Positions 51,556 through 64,000 of a DNA stretch of 64,000 nucleotides are shown in pieces. Where the stretch lies: contig NC_059432.1 of NCBI RefSeq assembly GCF_021028975.2, forward strand, positions 63,736,001-63,800,000. The letters are read 5' to 3'. Each line of letters begins with the position of its first letter. The first letter of the stretch is position 1. A program made the position numbers and the translations under genes. The DNA is from Sphaerodactylus townsendi (lineage: Eukaryota). The notes under the pieces were generated by a model. It was not told where the DNA came from, did no database searches, and saw nothing but the letters and a program-made list of their open reading frames with translations.

Positions 51556-54500
51556 CTGAAACAAGAACCCAACAAATAATAAATTAAGGTGCATGACAGG
51601 CTTTTGTTTAAATACAGCTTTTCTCTTGGTGCAGATTTAATGAAAAAGTTAAATGATCAACCAAACTTGATGAAAGTTCAGATTAGATTTTGGCTAGTAC
51701 AAGAAATCACACAATGCATGAGAGTATTATCAATACAAAGAAGAATCAGCTGTTCTTTCTCTGAAAATGTAAAAACTCACCATTATTTAGCTCTGTATGT
51801 ACTAATTAGAACATATGGGAAGGCAGAGAACAGAAGAGAAATGAGTAATCATTATAGCAAAAGTAGAAATTAATTTTCAGCAACGTGCTAGGTATTATTA
51901 TTTTTACAAAAAATATATCCAGCCTTCTGCAGCCATTCTTAGGGCAGATATTTATGTGTATGTGAACACATGAAACTCTATGAATATGACAAATGTTTGA
52001 AAATATTTATCAGGCCCATGCATATGCCAAAGAACCAGGACTGACCATGGTGAAATCTGGTCAACCATCATGTATGAAGAGTGTGAAGCCGCTCTTGGTT
52101 TCCATTCTATCTGCTTCTAAATGATTCAAGAGATATGGTTCCTAAGAAGCATTTCCCAGCTTACTACACTTCGGGCAGTTTTTTCCAAAACTTGGAAGTC
52201 TATTCCTGAGGTTTCCTATTACTTCAAGACTGGTTAACTTTCCTTTGAATTCACTCTCCAGAGACAGTTCATGCATTCAGAAAACCCTTCCTTCTGGTTG
52301 ACACCAACGAATTATTTTCTTCCACCAACCTCTTGCATGTTAATGTTGGTTCTAAAAAGATAAGGTCACCCTCATCCCAATTCTTCTCAGTGGTGAGATC
52401 TTCCTGTGCTTGCCAAGAAATCAAATTCAAGGGAATTACTTGAATGTTTGCTAAGACACCGAAGCCTTGGCCTTGTATGAAGGGAAAGGGAGTCTGGAGG
52501 ACATTCCCATCATCTGAACCAGATTTTAATCAAGCAGTTTTACTATTGAAGAACTATCCAGTGCTGTGTCAAAGACACCCAGTCTCAAAGCTGAGATAGG
52601 TTGCTAGGTTTTTCTGGAGCTGTGAGAATAACCCAATTGATAATTGCATAATTGGAAAAACAGCAAAGGCTTCTGGAAACATCTGAATGGGGCTGCCCCA
52701 TTCATGGAAGTGCTCTTAGCAGGGCAGCCATGTGGCCTCCTTCGTTCCCTTCAGCTACAGGCTCTGTTCAATACAGACAAGCATAACCTAATCCAGAAAG
52801 GTGGAGGTGCTCCACATTGGATATTAGGCAGTTGTGAGAACAAGTGTGCAGCCTGCCTGGAAAAAGTCCTGAAGGAGCATGTGTGATGTGATCTGGGATG
52901 CCTTTCAGTCCCTGCAAAAACAGCAGAGGTCTGTTCTTTAAGTTTAGGCTGGTTTGTGAGCTGTGGCAATTTCTGCAAAAAACTGATCTCTGGTCCCAGA
53001 ATGCCTAACCTGGTAGCGTCCAGATCTGACTACTGCGACATTCTCTTTGTGAGGCAGCGCTTTGAGACAGTTCAAAACACAGTTGCTAACTGGCTTCAGG
53101 TCCTAATTCAGGTATCTCTGATCTTTGATGCACAAAACAAATTTTGGTCTACAGTACCAAAAGGAATATCTTCTCCTACAATGACCTGCCTGAACAATGA
53201 AATCAATAAACAAGTCTCTCTCCCCCTCTCCTATAAAAAGATGAAAACATCTGGATTAACTGATAGAGGACAGCATATTGTGCCTTAATATTTTAAATTT
53301 CTTGAAAATTTTTGTGAGCCTTCTTGGGGGTCCTGAGAAGACATAAAGGCACACACAAATAAATCATAATCAATAAATCTAATGAATATATATTCCATAA
53401 TTGAGGGCCAATAAGCCCCGTCCATCTTCCCTGCCCAACAAGAGAAAGCCCGCTTCTCACTCAGACAGCAGCATCCAATGAGGCCCATTCAGCCACTAAA
53501 GACCCACATGTTCCCAGCCCTCTCTCCTCCTCCTCCTCCCTAACGGTCTAATCAGAACTGGACACAAAGCACTGAAGGCCAGCTTTTCAGCCTGCAGCAC
53601 TGGCTCTGCTTCATGGGACAATGCAGCCTCCACTCCCTAAAGTAACAGCACCTCCCCCTTCTTCCAGTTATTTTGTTACTTTCTGCTCCTTGATCCTGTA
53701 TCAGTCTATTGGGGCACCCGAGCCGAGGCCTTAATTCCATCTGTAATCTGGGCTAAAGCCCCTTTGGGGGTGGAGGGGGGGATAAAGACCATACAATGGG
53801 CAAAATAGAGTCCTGGGAGATGTTAAAACAAGTAAACATCGTTGTGTCAAGAGGAGCAAAATTGCTGAGAAAGCAGATTAGTCGCTGCAGCATTGGTGTC
53901 CCCCAGATCAGAAGGTGAGCCCTGATCCACTCCGCAGAGCCAACACGCTTCCATGATCACAGTACTGGCGGCATGCTGGGGCCGGCCCATCTCCCCCAGT
54001 CACTTTCCAAAGACCAGATTATGGAGAATAACAATTTCTTTGTGGCTGTGTAATTCCCTCCGTGACCGTGACTGTGGGCCACTCCATCGGGCTGCAATGC
54101 CAGGGCCTTAGCAACCATTTAACAAGACCAGTTGGCCCTAGCAATGCTCCCCTGAAGGCAAACCTCTCGGACAAGCTTTAACATCAAGTGCAAGAATTAA
54201 TCCTCATCCCTCCCCACCCCTAAAACCTGAGTCCAGGGGTGCTGTGTTATTGCGCTTACTTTGTGTTTCTCAAGACAGGGAATTGCTGGAAAAGTTCTTA
54301 AGACATTAACCCTTGGAGAGAAAGGAGGCAATTTGTCTGTATCTAGAGGTAGGTCAGGAGGTGAAGGCATTTACAGGATCAGGGCAGGAATGAGAGGCAG
54401 GATTCCTACAGAAAGGAAATTATGCTAATGCCTAGAAACTTAGAAAGGGAGAAAATGCAATTGGGGTAGGTATAAACGACAGGTGCCAGGCCTAGCAGTG

Positions 54501-54619
54501 GTAGCCAGCTAAATTTAGGTATTACTTTTTAGAAAACTACACTGCCTTTCCATCCAATCAGGGCCCACAAGGCAGCAAACATAAAAAACAGTCAAACATT
54601 TAAAAAAGTAAAATACTGT

Positions 54620-55330
54620 TAAAATTATAACATTCAATTAAAACCACATAAGCACCACTAGTAGGAGGGCCAATAACAGTTACTGGGGTTCGCCAGATGA
54701 AACAAAGTCTTCTGGCAAAAGACACCAACAAAGGGAGACATACAAATCTCCCTGAGGAGCAAATGCCAATGTTTTGGTGCCACAATGGAGAAGATCCTTT
54801 CTCAGGTTGCAACCCATCTAGCTTCAGATTGTGGGGGAAACTAAAGCAGGCTCTGCGAGGATGACCAGAGTGAATTGGTATATTCATATAGGAGAAGGCT
54901 GTCCTTAAGGTGTGTTGGTCCCAGGTCATACAGAGCTTTAAAGGTCTATAACAGCACTTTGAATGAGTCTGAAAGCAAACTGGAAGCCAGTGTGCTTGGA
55001 ACAAGATGGGAGAGGGTCCTTATGGCCCATTCCAGTCAACACTTTTGCCACAGTATTCTGTACCAAATATAGCACCCAGCAAGTCCCACATAGAGCACAC
55101 TGCAATAATCTAATCTAGGTGTTACTAGGACATACACTACAGTGACAAGATATTTTCTGCTCACGGAGAGGTGCAGTTGGCTCATGAACAGAAGCTGCTG
55201 AAAGGCACTGCTGCCACCTGTTTGTCCAGGAGCACCCTCAGGCTATGAACCTACTCCTTTAGGGGTTGCGACCCCATCCAGAACTGAGGATAGGCCACTT
55301 CCCAAGTCAGACCTTTCCTTGCCACCCGCA
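54620..55330 (-). mobile_element. L2-type LINE 3' fragment
   Basis: HWLPVCF and related L2 C-terminal remnants on the minus strand. Confidence 0.7.
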
Positions 55331-56220
55331 CACTTCACCATCAGCACAAACTCCAAATGGGAGTTATAATTCTTGTGAGATGTGCGACAGAGACTTAACA
55401 GTTTTGCCCCATTCCTCAGTCAAATAACTAAACAATTAGACCTCAGTTTCCTACTTTTGAGATGTGAAGAATGCATCCTTCCCTAAATAGGAGGAACACT
55501 TGACAGGGTGATTCTTAAACTGCAGGACAAAGCAGTTCAAACATTTAGATAAGGTGAGGATGGTTTCCTGCTGGTTTCCTCTAACCAAAACACAGAAGTT
55601 ATGCTGTCGCTGTCAGTCTGAAAAAGTTGTCTAAAAATGTTTGCAAAGCAGCAACTGCTCAAGTGATGATACTTTCCTCAAAACATTCACCCACTTGATC
55701 TGGGTGGGCTACATGTTAGCTTCCTACCCCTACAGTGTAAACGAGATCACTATCTACTCAAAAACTTCCCAAGCTGCAAACACTGCTGATAAATGCTAAT
55801 CGCAGACCTGGTAGCTACTTGACCAATGGAAACACTTCAAAACTGAAGATCAGTGGAGTGGAGTAGGAACCTCAGCAAATGCTACCTAGACAAGAGCAAG
55901 CTTGTTTCTACAAGCTTCTCTACAAGTTTCTACTCAATACAATCTCATTTTCCAGCTGGAACTGTTCCCAACTGGGACCACCCATAAAGTATATCAAATG
56001 TGCAAGGGTACCAAGATGGCACCTAGGTTTAACACTAGCTAACATGGAGTAGATGATAGCGGGGGGGGGGGGGGTTTACAAGTGTGTCATACTTAAGGAT
56101 GGCCCCACACCACAAATGAATCTCATGAAAGCAGCTTCTTCTGACATTGGTGTGAATTCTCACTTGAAAACGTGGTATAAAACCACATGGTCAGGCCTTC
56201 CTAATTTGTAGAAGGATTTA

Positions 56221-56697
56221 CCATATATACTCGCGTATAAGTCGAGTTTTTCAGCCTTTTTTTAGGCTGAAAAATGCCCCCCTCGACTTATACGCGGGTC
56301 CCACTTACTGGTAATTCTTGTGTGGTGTTCCCCCTGTCCCGCCTTTGCTCTCTCTTGCCTTCTTCTCTGCCGCCCCCCTTTCAGCCACTTTCTCTGTTCA
56401 TTCTCCTCTGTCTTCTCCTCCACCACCTCCCATCCCTTTCACCCTCTATGGCTCCCAGCTTCTTCCCTCTCCCTGGACCCAAGTGCTGGCCTCGCCCCTC
56501 CTTAAAAAGCCTTCCAAAGGCTTCTGGGGTGCTCCTTTCCCCCAACTGTGGCTCCTTTGCTGGCTCAGTGCCCCACCTCCCCATGGACCTTTCCCACCCT
56601 CGACTTATACTCGAGTCAATAAGGTTTCCCAGTTCTTCAAGGCAAAATTAGGTGCCTCGACTTATATGCGGATCGACTTATACGTGAGTATATACGG
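56221..56697. mobile_element. Tc1/mariner-superfamily (pogo/Tc2-like) MITE
   Basis: 25-bp TIRs matching 23/25 (CCRTATATACTCRCGTATAAGTCGA); TA TSD; internal repeated CTCGACTTATA. Confidence 0.85.
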
Positions 56698-59600
56698 TAC
56701 CTTTAATTGCCTATATACTAGTCAATTAATGGGTAAGAAGAGCTTGTCTAGGACTGCTCTTCCACATCCTGTGCCTGGGCAACTAAGCCGTGCAGGCTCA
56801 TGATAAAAGAGGGCACTTCTGTCACAAATTCTTAAGAGCTGTGAATTTTACAAGAACTTGGAGGAATGGAGTCCAGTTACTTCAAACCTTTACGCTTTCT
56901 AGCCCTCTTCTATATGCGTTTTCACTCAAAGAAGCAATTGTATGATGGCTGTCCTGGGAAAATACGGTTAACGATCCATTTGTGTGTGTCACATTTCAGT
57001 GGGAATGCATGTGGTGAATGGAGGTATGCAAACAGCTCACCGTTGACGTTCAGTTCTCAATGCATGTAATCATGGCAAAAGATTGCAAAATGCCAGCACG
57101 TCTATCATACACAAAAGCATGCATCTTTTTTGCTTCATGGAAACTCTAAAAAAGTATAATGTCAAACAGTTCTTACAGTCGCTGTAGAGGTAGAAAAACA
57201 AAGCAGTCACCAAACTAACTGGCAAGTACTAGAAGGGAACAACACATTCAGACAGAAGAAATGAACATGGGTCATGGACAGGCTTGGCAGCATTTGTGGC
57301 AGCAGCTGCTAGGCATTTGGACGGGCTGCTGGATATCACAGTCAGCCAGGAGTGCAAGTAGAGGGGATGAACCAAAATGAATGACAAGATTGTTGATTGG
57401 GAACAATGGAAGATGCTGGAATACCTACTGGATGTACTGGGAGCCAAGAATGCCAAATGACTTCCATGGACACCGTGAAAATACATTGCTAAACACAAAA
57501 GTAGTGCAGAATGGTCTCTGGGCACAGAGAGATGGCACAAGGACTGGAATAACAGCAGCAAGAGTGGAGACATGATCGTTCCAGTACCAAAACACTTCTG
57601 CTCCACTGAGGACACTATTGAGGGATCTATTGGCAGTGCTACATGCCCCCACATCTGAGCCAACAACTGTGGCCCCCTCTCTTGCTCCGCTGCTGGTGGC
57701 GATGGGGGTGGGAGGTTGGGCAGCTGAGGGCGTTTTCAGCAGCATGGCTGGGGTGTCAGGAGGAGCCCCATAGGTGAGTGGCACTCTCTTCCACAACTCC
57801 CCACGCCCCTTCTGAGGTGAGGTGACCCTTTGCCTTATGTGGGTCAAGGGCCTGCTTGAGGTCCCCATGGGAGACCTCTGCTGTCTGCAGACTTGTAGCA
57901 GGACTCAGTCCCTTTAAGGGTGGAGGGTATGTGTGCTGCAGGCACATAGCCAGCATCCTTACCCATGCTCCTTTCCAGACCTGGGTGTGATGAGCATTAT
58001 GTTTACAATCCTGCCAGATTCTGGTTGCCCTGTCCACCATGGCCCAGCCATTGCAACACATCTGGATGGGATGCTAGAGCACAGTTGCTGGGGATGCTGA
58101 TGTGGTTGAAGCCACAAAAACCCAACTACATATTTTTGCCTGCTCACTAACTCCTTAAGGAGCAGACTTGTGGCATCACAGACAAGCCACCAGCCAGCCA
58201 TTAAGACTGAATTGTCCATCTGACTACTGCACAGTATTGATGCTGTCGCCGTGGTTTCTTCATCCACTTGCTGGAGCTGCTGCTGCCTACTACAACCCGA
58301 TTCGCTTTAATATTTTTGACTCATTGAACATTGGTGATACTGACTCTTTCAATTTACTGGAACGCAATATGAATGTTACAGGTTTCTTGCCTTATGTACA
58401 ATGTTTATGAGAATTTGTTACTAAGTACTGTCCCATTACGCTTCTTAGGTTGCCTAAGTGCCCTCATTGTAATTTATGTTATTACATTTATATCCAGTTG
58501 CATATTACTTATAATATAATCACAATATATCTTTATGAATGGTGTATGACTTATCTATTGACTTTATACTCGAATTAATTGCATATACCAATTAGTTCAT
58601 TGCCTTGTGTTACTATATATACAGTCCATGCTTCTTAGGCTTGGCTGGCCTCAGATTTTCTAGTATTGGTTTGACTGTATATATTTGCTGATCTGTTCAG
58701 TATTGATGACGTACAGGAGGTTTAGATTATCCTAATATCATAACTTATCACCATACAACTCAGTTCTCTTGGTTAATCAAATGGATATCACTGAAAGAGA
58801 ATTCTTTAGCCCATAATGAACAAATGTATGATAAAGTTCAATCAATTGTCTGGATTTTTATGGCTTCACCCCCTAACTGTGCTTCACCTCCTTTGTCATC
58901 ATGACAGAAGTAGAAGATTTTTTATATTCTTGTTTTATATTTCTCAAGGGTGAAGATTTTTTTTATATTCTTGTTCCTCAAACTTTCAAGCAGGAGGAGG
59001 AAGAGGAAGAAGAAGTGGAAGAAGAGTTTGGATATGTTGTAACTCCAATTATTCTGTTTAAAAATAAATTATTTTGGTCTTAAGATAGCTTAAAGCTTTA
59101 AAGACCACTTTAGATGTCAACAGAGAACTGATAAGCAAACTGTTCCAACAATCAGAATTTAATTCATGGCCTTTTAAAACAAAAAGAAAGAAAACCACCA
59201 AATTTAGAAACAGTGATGCCCCAAAATATTAAATAAAAGTTAAACTGGGATTCCCAGGATTCCAACAAAAGACTGTATGCATAACCACCTACAGCCATAT
59301 TTCTCTGATCTCCTAGGGAAATCTCTCCACCTTGATACGTTCCAGTACGTTGGGGGGGTGGGGGGAGTGCACCAGAGGAACACAACTCATACGCACAAAT
59401 GAACCTCCACAATCAGTGATAAAAAGTTGTGTTTTTATTTGAGGAAACTGGCTTTCAGAATGAGCAAGCAGTCTATTTCTTTGATGAACTCTCTTTATTA
59501 ATAAACTCTTACCTGTGAATCAGCAAGTATTTCTCGGCCATTTACAAATGAACCAGTGTGAAAAGCACTCTGGGGTGTAAGAATAACTAGCTGTCTGTGA

Positions 59601-61134
59601 CCAGCTTTTTTAAAAAGAAAAGTTAACTCTGGACACTACCTTGCCTCTCACACTCCCTGCGGCAGCTGGAGGCATGTGTGTGCCTTCGGTTTCAGCAGGG
59701 GTGGCAATGATAGTGGCAGCAGCGGGGACCGAGAAAGCTTTCCCCTCTTTTCTTCTGGTGACTCTGAATTGGCCCACACACACTTTAAAGGGTCCAATAA
59801 AGAGATACAATTTCTTTTACCTTTCCTGGCTCTGGGACCCTGGACGTTTTTTGTTGTCCGGGTTGTCATAAGGTTAAGTTCAGAGGATAAACTGACATGC
59901 TAGCTATGGGAAAAAGCCAGTTTCCTCAAATAAAGCCACAACGGTGCAAAAGAGACCCCTCTGGGGCTTTTATTTGGGAAAACAAACAGAAATGGCACCA
60001 AGCCCTTCTGCTTTACGGGCCAATTTAACTATCAAACTAACTCTCTCCCTTCCAGAGGCAAAGAGGGGAGAGAGACACAGCAATATGACAATAGTAAGAA
60101 ACATTCAGGGGAGAAACAGACAAAGCAAGCTGTCTGTCTCCTTGTCTTTCTTGTCCAGAGTTCTTTTTCTGAGCACACGTGTGTTCTTGTAAAAACGATT
60201 AGATTGCAATTTGTATAACATGGTGACCCCCAAATTCAGACGTTTAACCCCTTTTCTCTGCAAAGAATGTGAAGAATGTCTCGAAGGTGGGGGAAATTCT
60301 CTCAGATTGGGAGGGGGCAGCATGAAGAACCACGGGGAGTTGTGTGGGAATAAGCCACTGTATAGCTTCTTTTTGAACAGGCAGCACTTTGGAGGTCTCC
60401 TTCGGCTGGCAGACAACAAAAAAAGGAAAGAAAAAGAAAAATGGAGATTCGAAATCAAAACAAAGCCATCTGTTTAAATGAGCCAGCCCAAACTAAAGGT
60501 GGGGGGCATTGGGGTGTTTATGTATTCCCACATTTAAGCAATCTTATTCTTTACAGTTTGTCAATTCTTTTGCAGCCTAAGGGGGAGACTGTCTTGGATT
60601 TATGAGAACAAAACTGATTGGAGCCGAGAATTCTGACTACCGATACTGGAAGTTTCTGTTATAAGTATTGCAAAGATGCTGTGAAGAAATGCATATAAGG
60701 GCCAGAATTTGAGGCAAAAGTAGATGTTGCTTCCTTACCTGTACATCAGAACCTTTCAAGGTTGCAAGGAAAGGCTAAAGTAGCTCAGTCCACATTTAAC
60801 TCGTTAAAATTAAGGTTCCAAGCAATTTACTTCCAAATTTCAGATGAAAGTGACAAAGACTAAGGCACTGAGAAGTAGTGTGGTCCAGTGAATAGAATAT
60901 TGGACTGAGACCAGGAGGCCTAGGTTTGAATCCCTGCTTGATCCATGAAGCAAACAGAATAATCACACATCATCAGCTGTGTTTACCTGAAAGGCGATCT
61001 ATCCATGCCTCACAGTTATAAAGAAAGCCTTCAAGTCAAGGCTCAGAGATGCCAAAAGAGGACATTAGGCAGAGTTTCTAATAGTCAAGGAACAGGGCTT
61101 GTACGTGTTACAATTCTTAATTCACCACCATCAT

Positions 61135-61360
61135 CAGCATGGTGTGGTGGTTAAGGGCAGTGGGACTCTAATATGATTCTCCAGGTTGGATTCCCCTCTC
61201 CTCCACATGAAGTCTGCTGGGTGACTTTGAGCTGAGTAGGTGCCCCACCTCAACCCCACCTACCTCACAAGGAGCCTGTTGCTGGAGGCAGAAAAAGAGG
61301 CAATTGTAAGTTGCTTTGAGATTTCTTACGGTAGAGAAAGGCAAGGTATAAAAACCAATT
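61135..61360 (+). mobile_element. Squamate tRNA-derived SINE
   Basis: Same head and body as the 22163 copy. Confidence 0.7.
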
Positions 61361-61969
61361 ATGCTTCTTATTTCCTCTGACCACTACTATCAATTAATCC
61401 TTCTATATTCCTTCCTTTCAATGTTCTCAGATCTTGTCAAACATTTCTAAATACACTGGCCATATAATCCCAAATAAGCTTGCAAAAACAGGCATTTAAG
61501 CACATGTGCACAGTTTGTTTTAAGAATATAATTAATTTCTGGGGGCAAAGAGAGATTAGGCATGTATTATATCAAGTCTTGGACATCAATACTGGTGATT
61601 AGTATTGGTGATGCCTATATGATTATTACTGACGGAGTTGACTTAACTCTACTTAAGTCTACTTAACTAATGCATTTATACAATGTTCTCAGAATGTAAA
61701 AATGGTACCAACTTTTGATTCATCAACCTCTACAAAATTTGTTCAACAAAATAACACACTTTGTAAAAACGCTTGAGAACCCTCTTAATGGGATTCAGAT
61801 TACCGCTGAATACAACAGCCCCACAAATCAAAACTTTTATTGTCTTTTATCTTTAAAATGTATTGTTTGAAATTCAACCCCTCTGAAGAACGTGTGTGTC
61901 AATGCCTCTAAAGAACTGTAGTCCATATTTAAGAGGGAATATTAATTTTGAATAATACTATTCTAAACT

Positions 61970-62790
61970 ATTCACCCACTGGCAGAAGATGGCAACAAAA
62001 GGGGACAGGGGAGTTGTCCTGGGGAGAGAGTTCCAGAGTTTGGGTATCATAACGAAGAAGGCCTTCTCAGGGTTACCACCCTCCTGATCCGCGAAGGAGA
62101 GGGCATCTGAAGTAATGCTTGGAATATAACCATGGTGATCAGGGAGTAGGTAGTCTTTCATGTACGTTTGTTCCAAACCACATAGAGCTGTAAAGGTTAA
62201 CACCAAGACTTTATGCTTGCGAGCCAGTATAGATGGGCCAAAACTCCAGTCAGCATCCTGACTGCAGTATTCTGTACCCATTAAAATTTCTGAATGAGGA
62301 AGCCCCATTGCAGTAATCTAAATATAACCAGGGCATGCATCACAGTGGCCAAACATTTCCTCCCAGGAAAGGCTGTAACTGGCTTACCAGTCAAAGCTGC
62401 TAAAAGATGCTCCTGGCCCTCAGCTGCCATCTGCTTATCTCCCAACAGGCTTAGACCCAAGAACACCCTCAGACTACAAACTTTTTCTTTCAAGGGAAGT
62501 ACAATCCCATCTAGAATGGGTCACTTCTTAAATCTTGGCTCAAAAGGATCAGAACTTCTGCTAACTGGTAGTATTTCTGTCTTGTTGGTATTAAGCTCCA
62601 GTGTATTCACCTATATCTAATCCAAAACTGCTTCCAAACACTGGTTCTTGATTTCTACAGCCTCTCTGACATCAACTGGAAGCATAAGACAGAGCATATT
62701 GGTAGCAACCCAGCCCAAATATGTCTGACCACTGGTTTCATGTAGACATAACACAGCACAGGAGACAAGATGGAACCTAGCAAGACCCAT
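61970..62790 (-). mobile_element. L2-type LINE fragment
   Basis: KVLVLTFTALCGL...AFFVMIPKLWNSLP. Confidence 0.7.
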
Positions 62791-63139
62791 TTGCCACCAC
62801 TGTTGTTTATGATGTACTGTATGTTAATGATTTAACATATTTATTTATTAGATTTATAGGCCACCCATTTTTGTCAGGACAGACTCAGGGTGGCTCACAA
62901 CAGCAATTTCTGCAGTGTAAAATCAGATTAATATTACTATATAATTCAACCCCAATTTTTAAGATTCTGCAGTTTTCCAGCATCCTGAAACGAATAGTAA
63001 ACTAATCAAAGGGAAGGAGCACATTACGACAAACGATCATAAAGAAATGCCTAAAGAAACACAGGAAAGGGATAAGGGAAATACAAAGAGAAAAGGAAAA
63101 GGAAAAAAGGAAAGGGAGGGAGGGGAGGGGAAGAGGTCA

Positions 63140-63520
63140 GTTAAGAGGCACACTGTCACTCCTCTCAACCCACAGGCCTGGCAGAATATCTCCAACTTAT
63201 AGGCTCTGCAAAACTGATAAGAGCCCCACAGGGCCCATGTCCCATTTGACAGAGTGTTTCACCAAGCTTGGGCCAGGGCCAAAAAGAATCTTCTTCTAGT
63301 TGAAGACAGCTGGACATTTTTCGGGCCAGGGACCACCAGTAAGTTGTTATTCACTGAGCACAGTGTTCTTTGGGAGGTGTATTGGGAGACGTGGTCCCAC
63401 CGATATGAAAGTTCCACAGCATTTAAGGCTTTAAAAGTTAATACCCAAACCTTGAACCTGGTCCAGTACTCCACCTGGATCTAGTGAACCCGACAGAGCA
63501 CTGGTTGAATATGCTCCCAC
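63140..63520 (-). mobile_element. L2-type LINE 3' fragment
   Basis: FKVWVLTFKALN...LLVVP...RRFF..A..AW. Confidence 0.7.
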
Positions 63521-63819
63521 ATACTAATTTTAGTATTTTGGATTATTAATTAAAGTTGATTTTTTTGTGTTTTTCTAGTGTTGTTACACACCTTCGGTCC
63601 TCGCAGTATTGAGAGAAAGGTGGTATATATAACTATTTCAAATAAATAAAATATTATGTGTGCATTTAAATATCTCATGAATTTGCAGTTTTTTGTACCT
63701 GTACTGCTCAAACGCAGTACATAACATATACACAAAAAGCCATCTTGAATGTCTCCCTGTAGCTTTATTCAGTGCACACCTGCATGTACTCAAAGCATGC
63801 ACACGTGTACACACCTTTG

Positions 63820-64000
63820 CACTGGGAGTGAGTGGTGTAGATGTAAAAAGAGTGTGCATGCACACTGGGAGTGTGTAGATGTAAAAAGGACCTGCCCTAA
63901 GAATCTGAAGGACGAAAAATAGTCAAGGAACAGGAAACGCAAATGGATGAGAAATACAGGTCTGTGGCACTGGGAGTGAGTGGTGTAGATGTAAAAAGAG
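63820..64000. repeat. Three copies of an approximately 33-bp unit, running off the window edge
   Basis: GCACTGGGAGTGAGTGGTGTAGATGTAAAAAGAG at 63820 and 63967, with a shortened copy at about 63863. Confidence 0.85.

Noticed and set aside
56274-56803. Pro/Ser/Leu-rich ORFs of 125-161 aa
   Set aside because: They derive from the pyrimidine-rich interior of a MITE
60730-60760. Strong minus-strand donor CAG|GTAAGG
   Set aside because: No FBXW4-like coding or supporting structure; it shows that strong donors arise by chance, a caveat for the 59.5-kb candidate exon
51556-64000. Next upstream FBXW4 coding exon
   Set aside because: No matching WD40 peptide with a phase-2 donor found by eye; probably beyond the window
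63820-64000. Spaced direct repeats superficially like a CRISPR array
   Set aside because: Eukaryotic intron, irregular spacing and no cas genes; a simple local duplication

Overview
Vertebrate genomic DNA, most likely a squamate and probably a gecko (inferred from its repeat families). It contains the POLL-DPCD-FBXW4 block, which in human and mouse lies between BTRC and FGF8. I reconstructed three genes by hand from the splice sites. (1) POLL, DNA polymerase lambda, complete on the minus strand: non-coding exon 1 ending at 42500 plus 8 coding exons from 40074 to 28982, 1728 nt, 575 aa, with intact BRCT, lyase and catalytic motifs. (2) DPCD, complete on the plus strand: 6 exons from 42611 to 48797, 203 aa, head-to-head with POLL across only about 110 bp. 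(3) The last three coding exons of FBXW4 on the minus strand (51555 to 50206), convergent with DPCD. I recognise no host coding exons in positions 1-28900. That stretch holds a 3-kb 5'-truncated CR1 LINE, RTE and L2 fragments, SINEs, MITEs, CTCF-like motifs and at least one homeobox-motif-dense CpG-rich enhancer candidate (about 18.1-18.45 kb). The most interesting unexplained structure is in the FBXW4 intron at 59.4-60.0 kb: a 30-bp near-perfect inverted repeat (28/30) encloses a 57-nt candidate stop-containing cassette exon, and a third competing copy of the motif lies nearby. This is a hypothesis; an ancient repeat or an enhancer motif cluster are the alternatives. Most short ORFs in the track are chance ORFs or antisense shadows.
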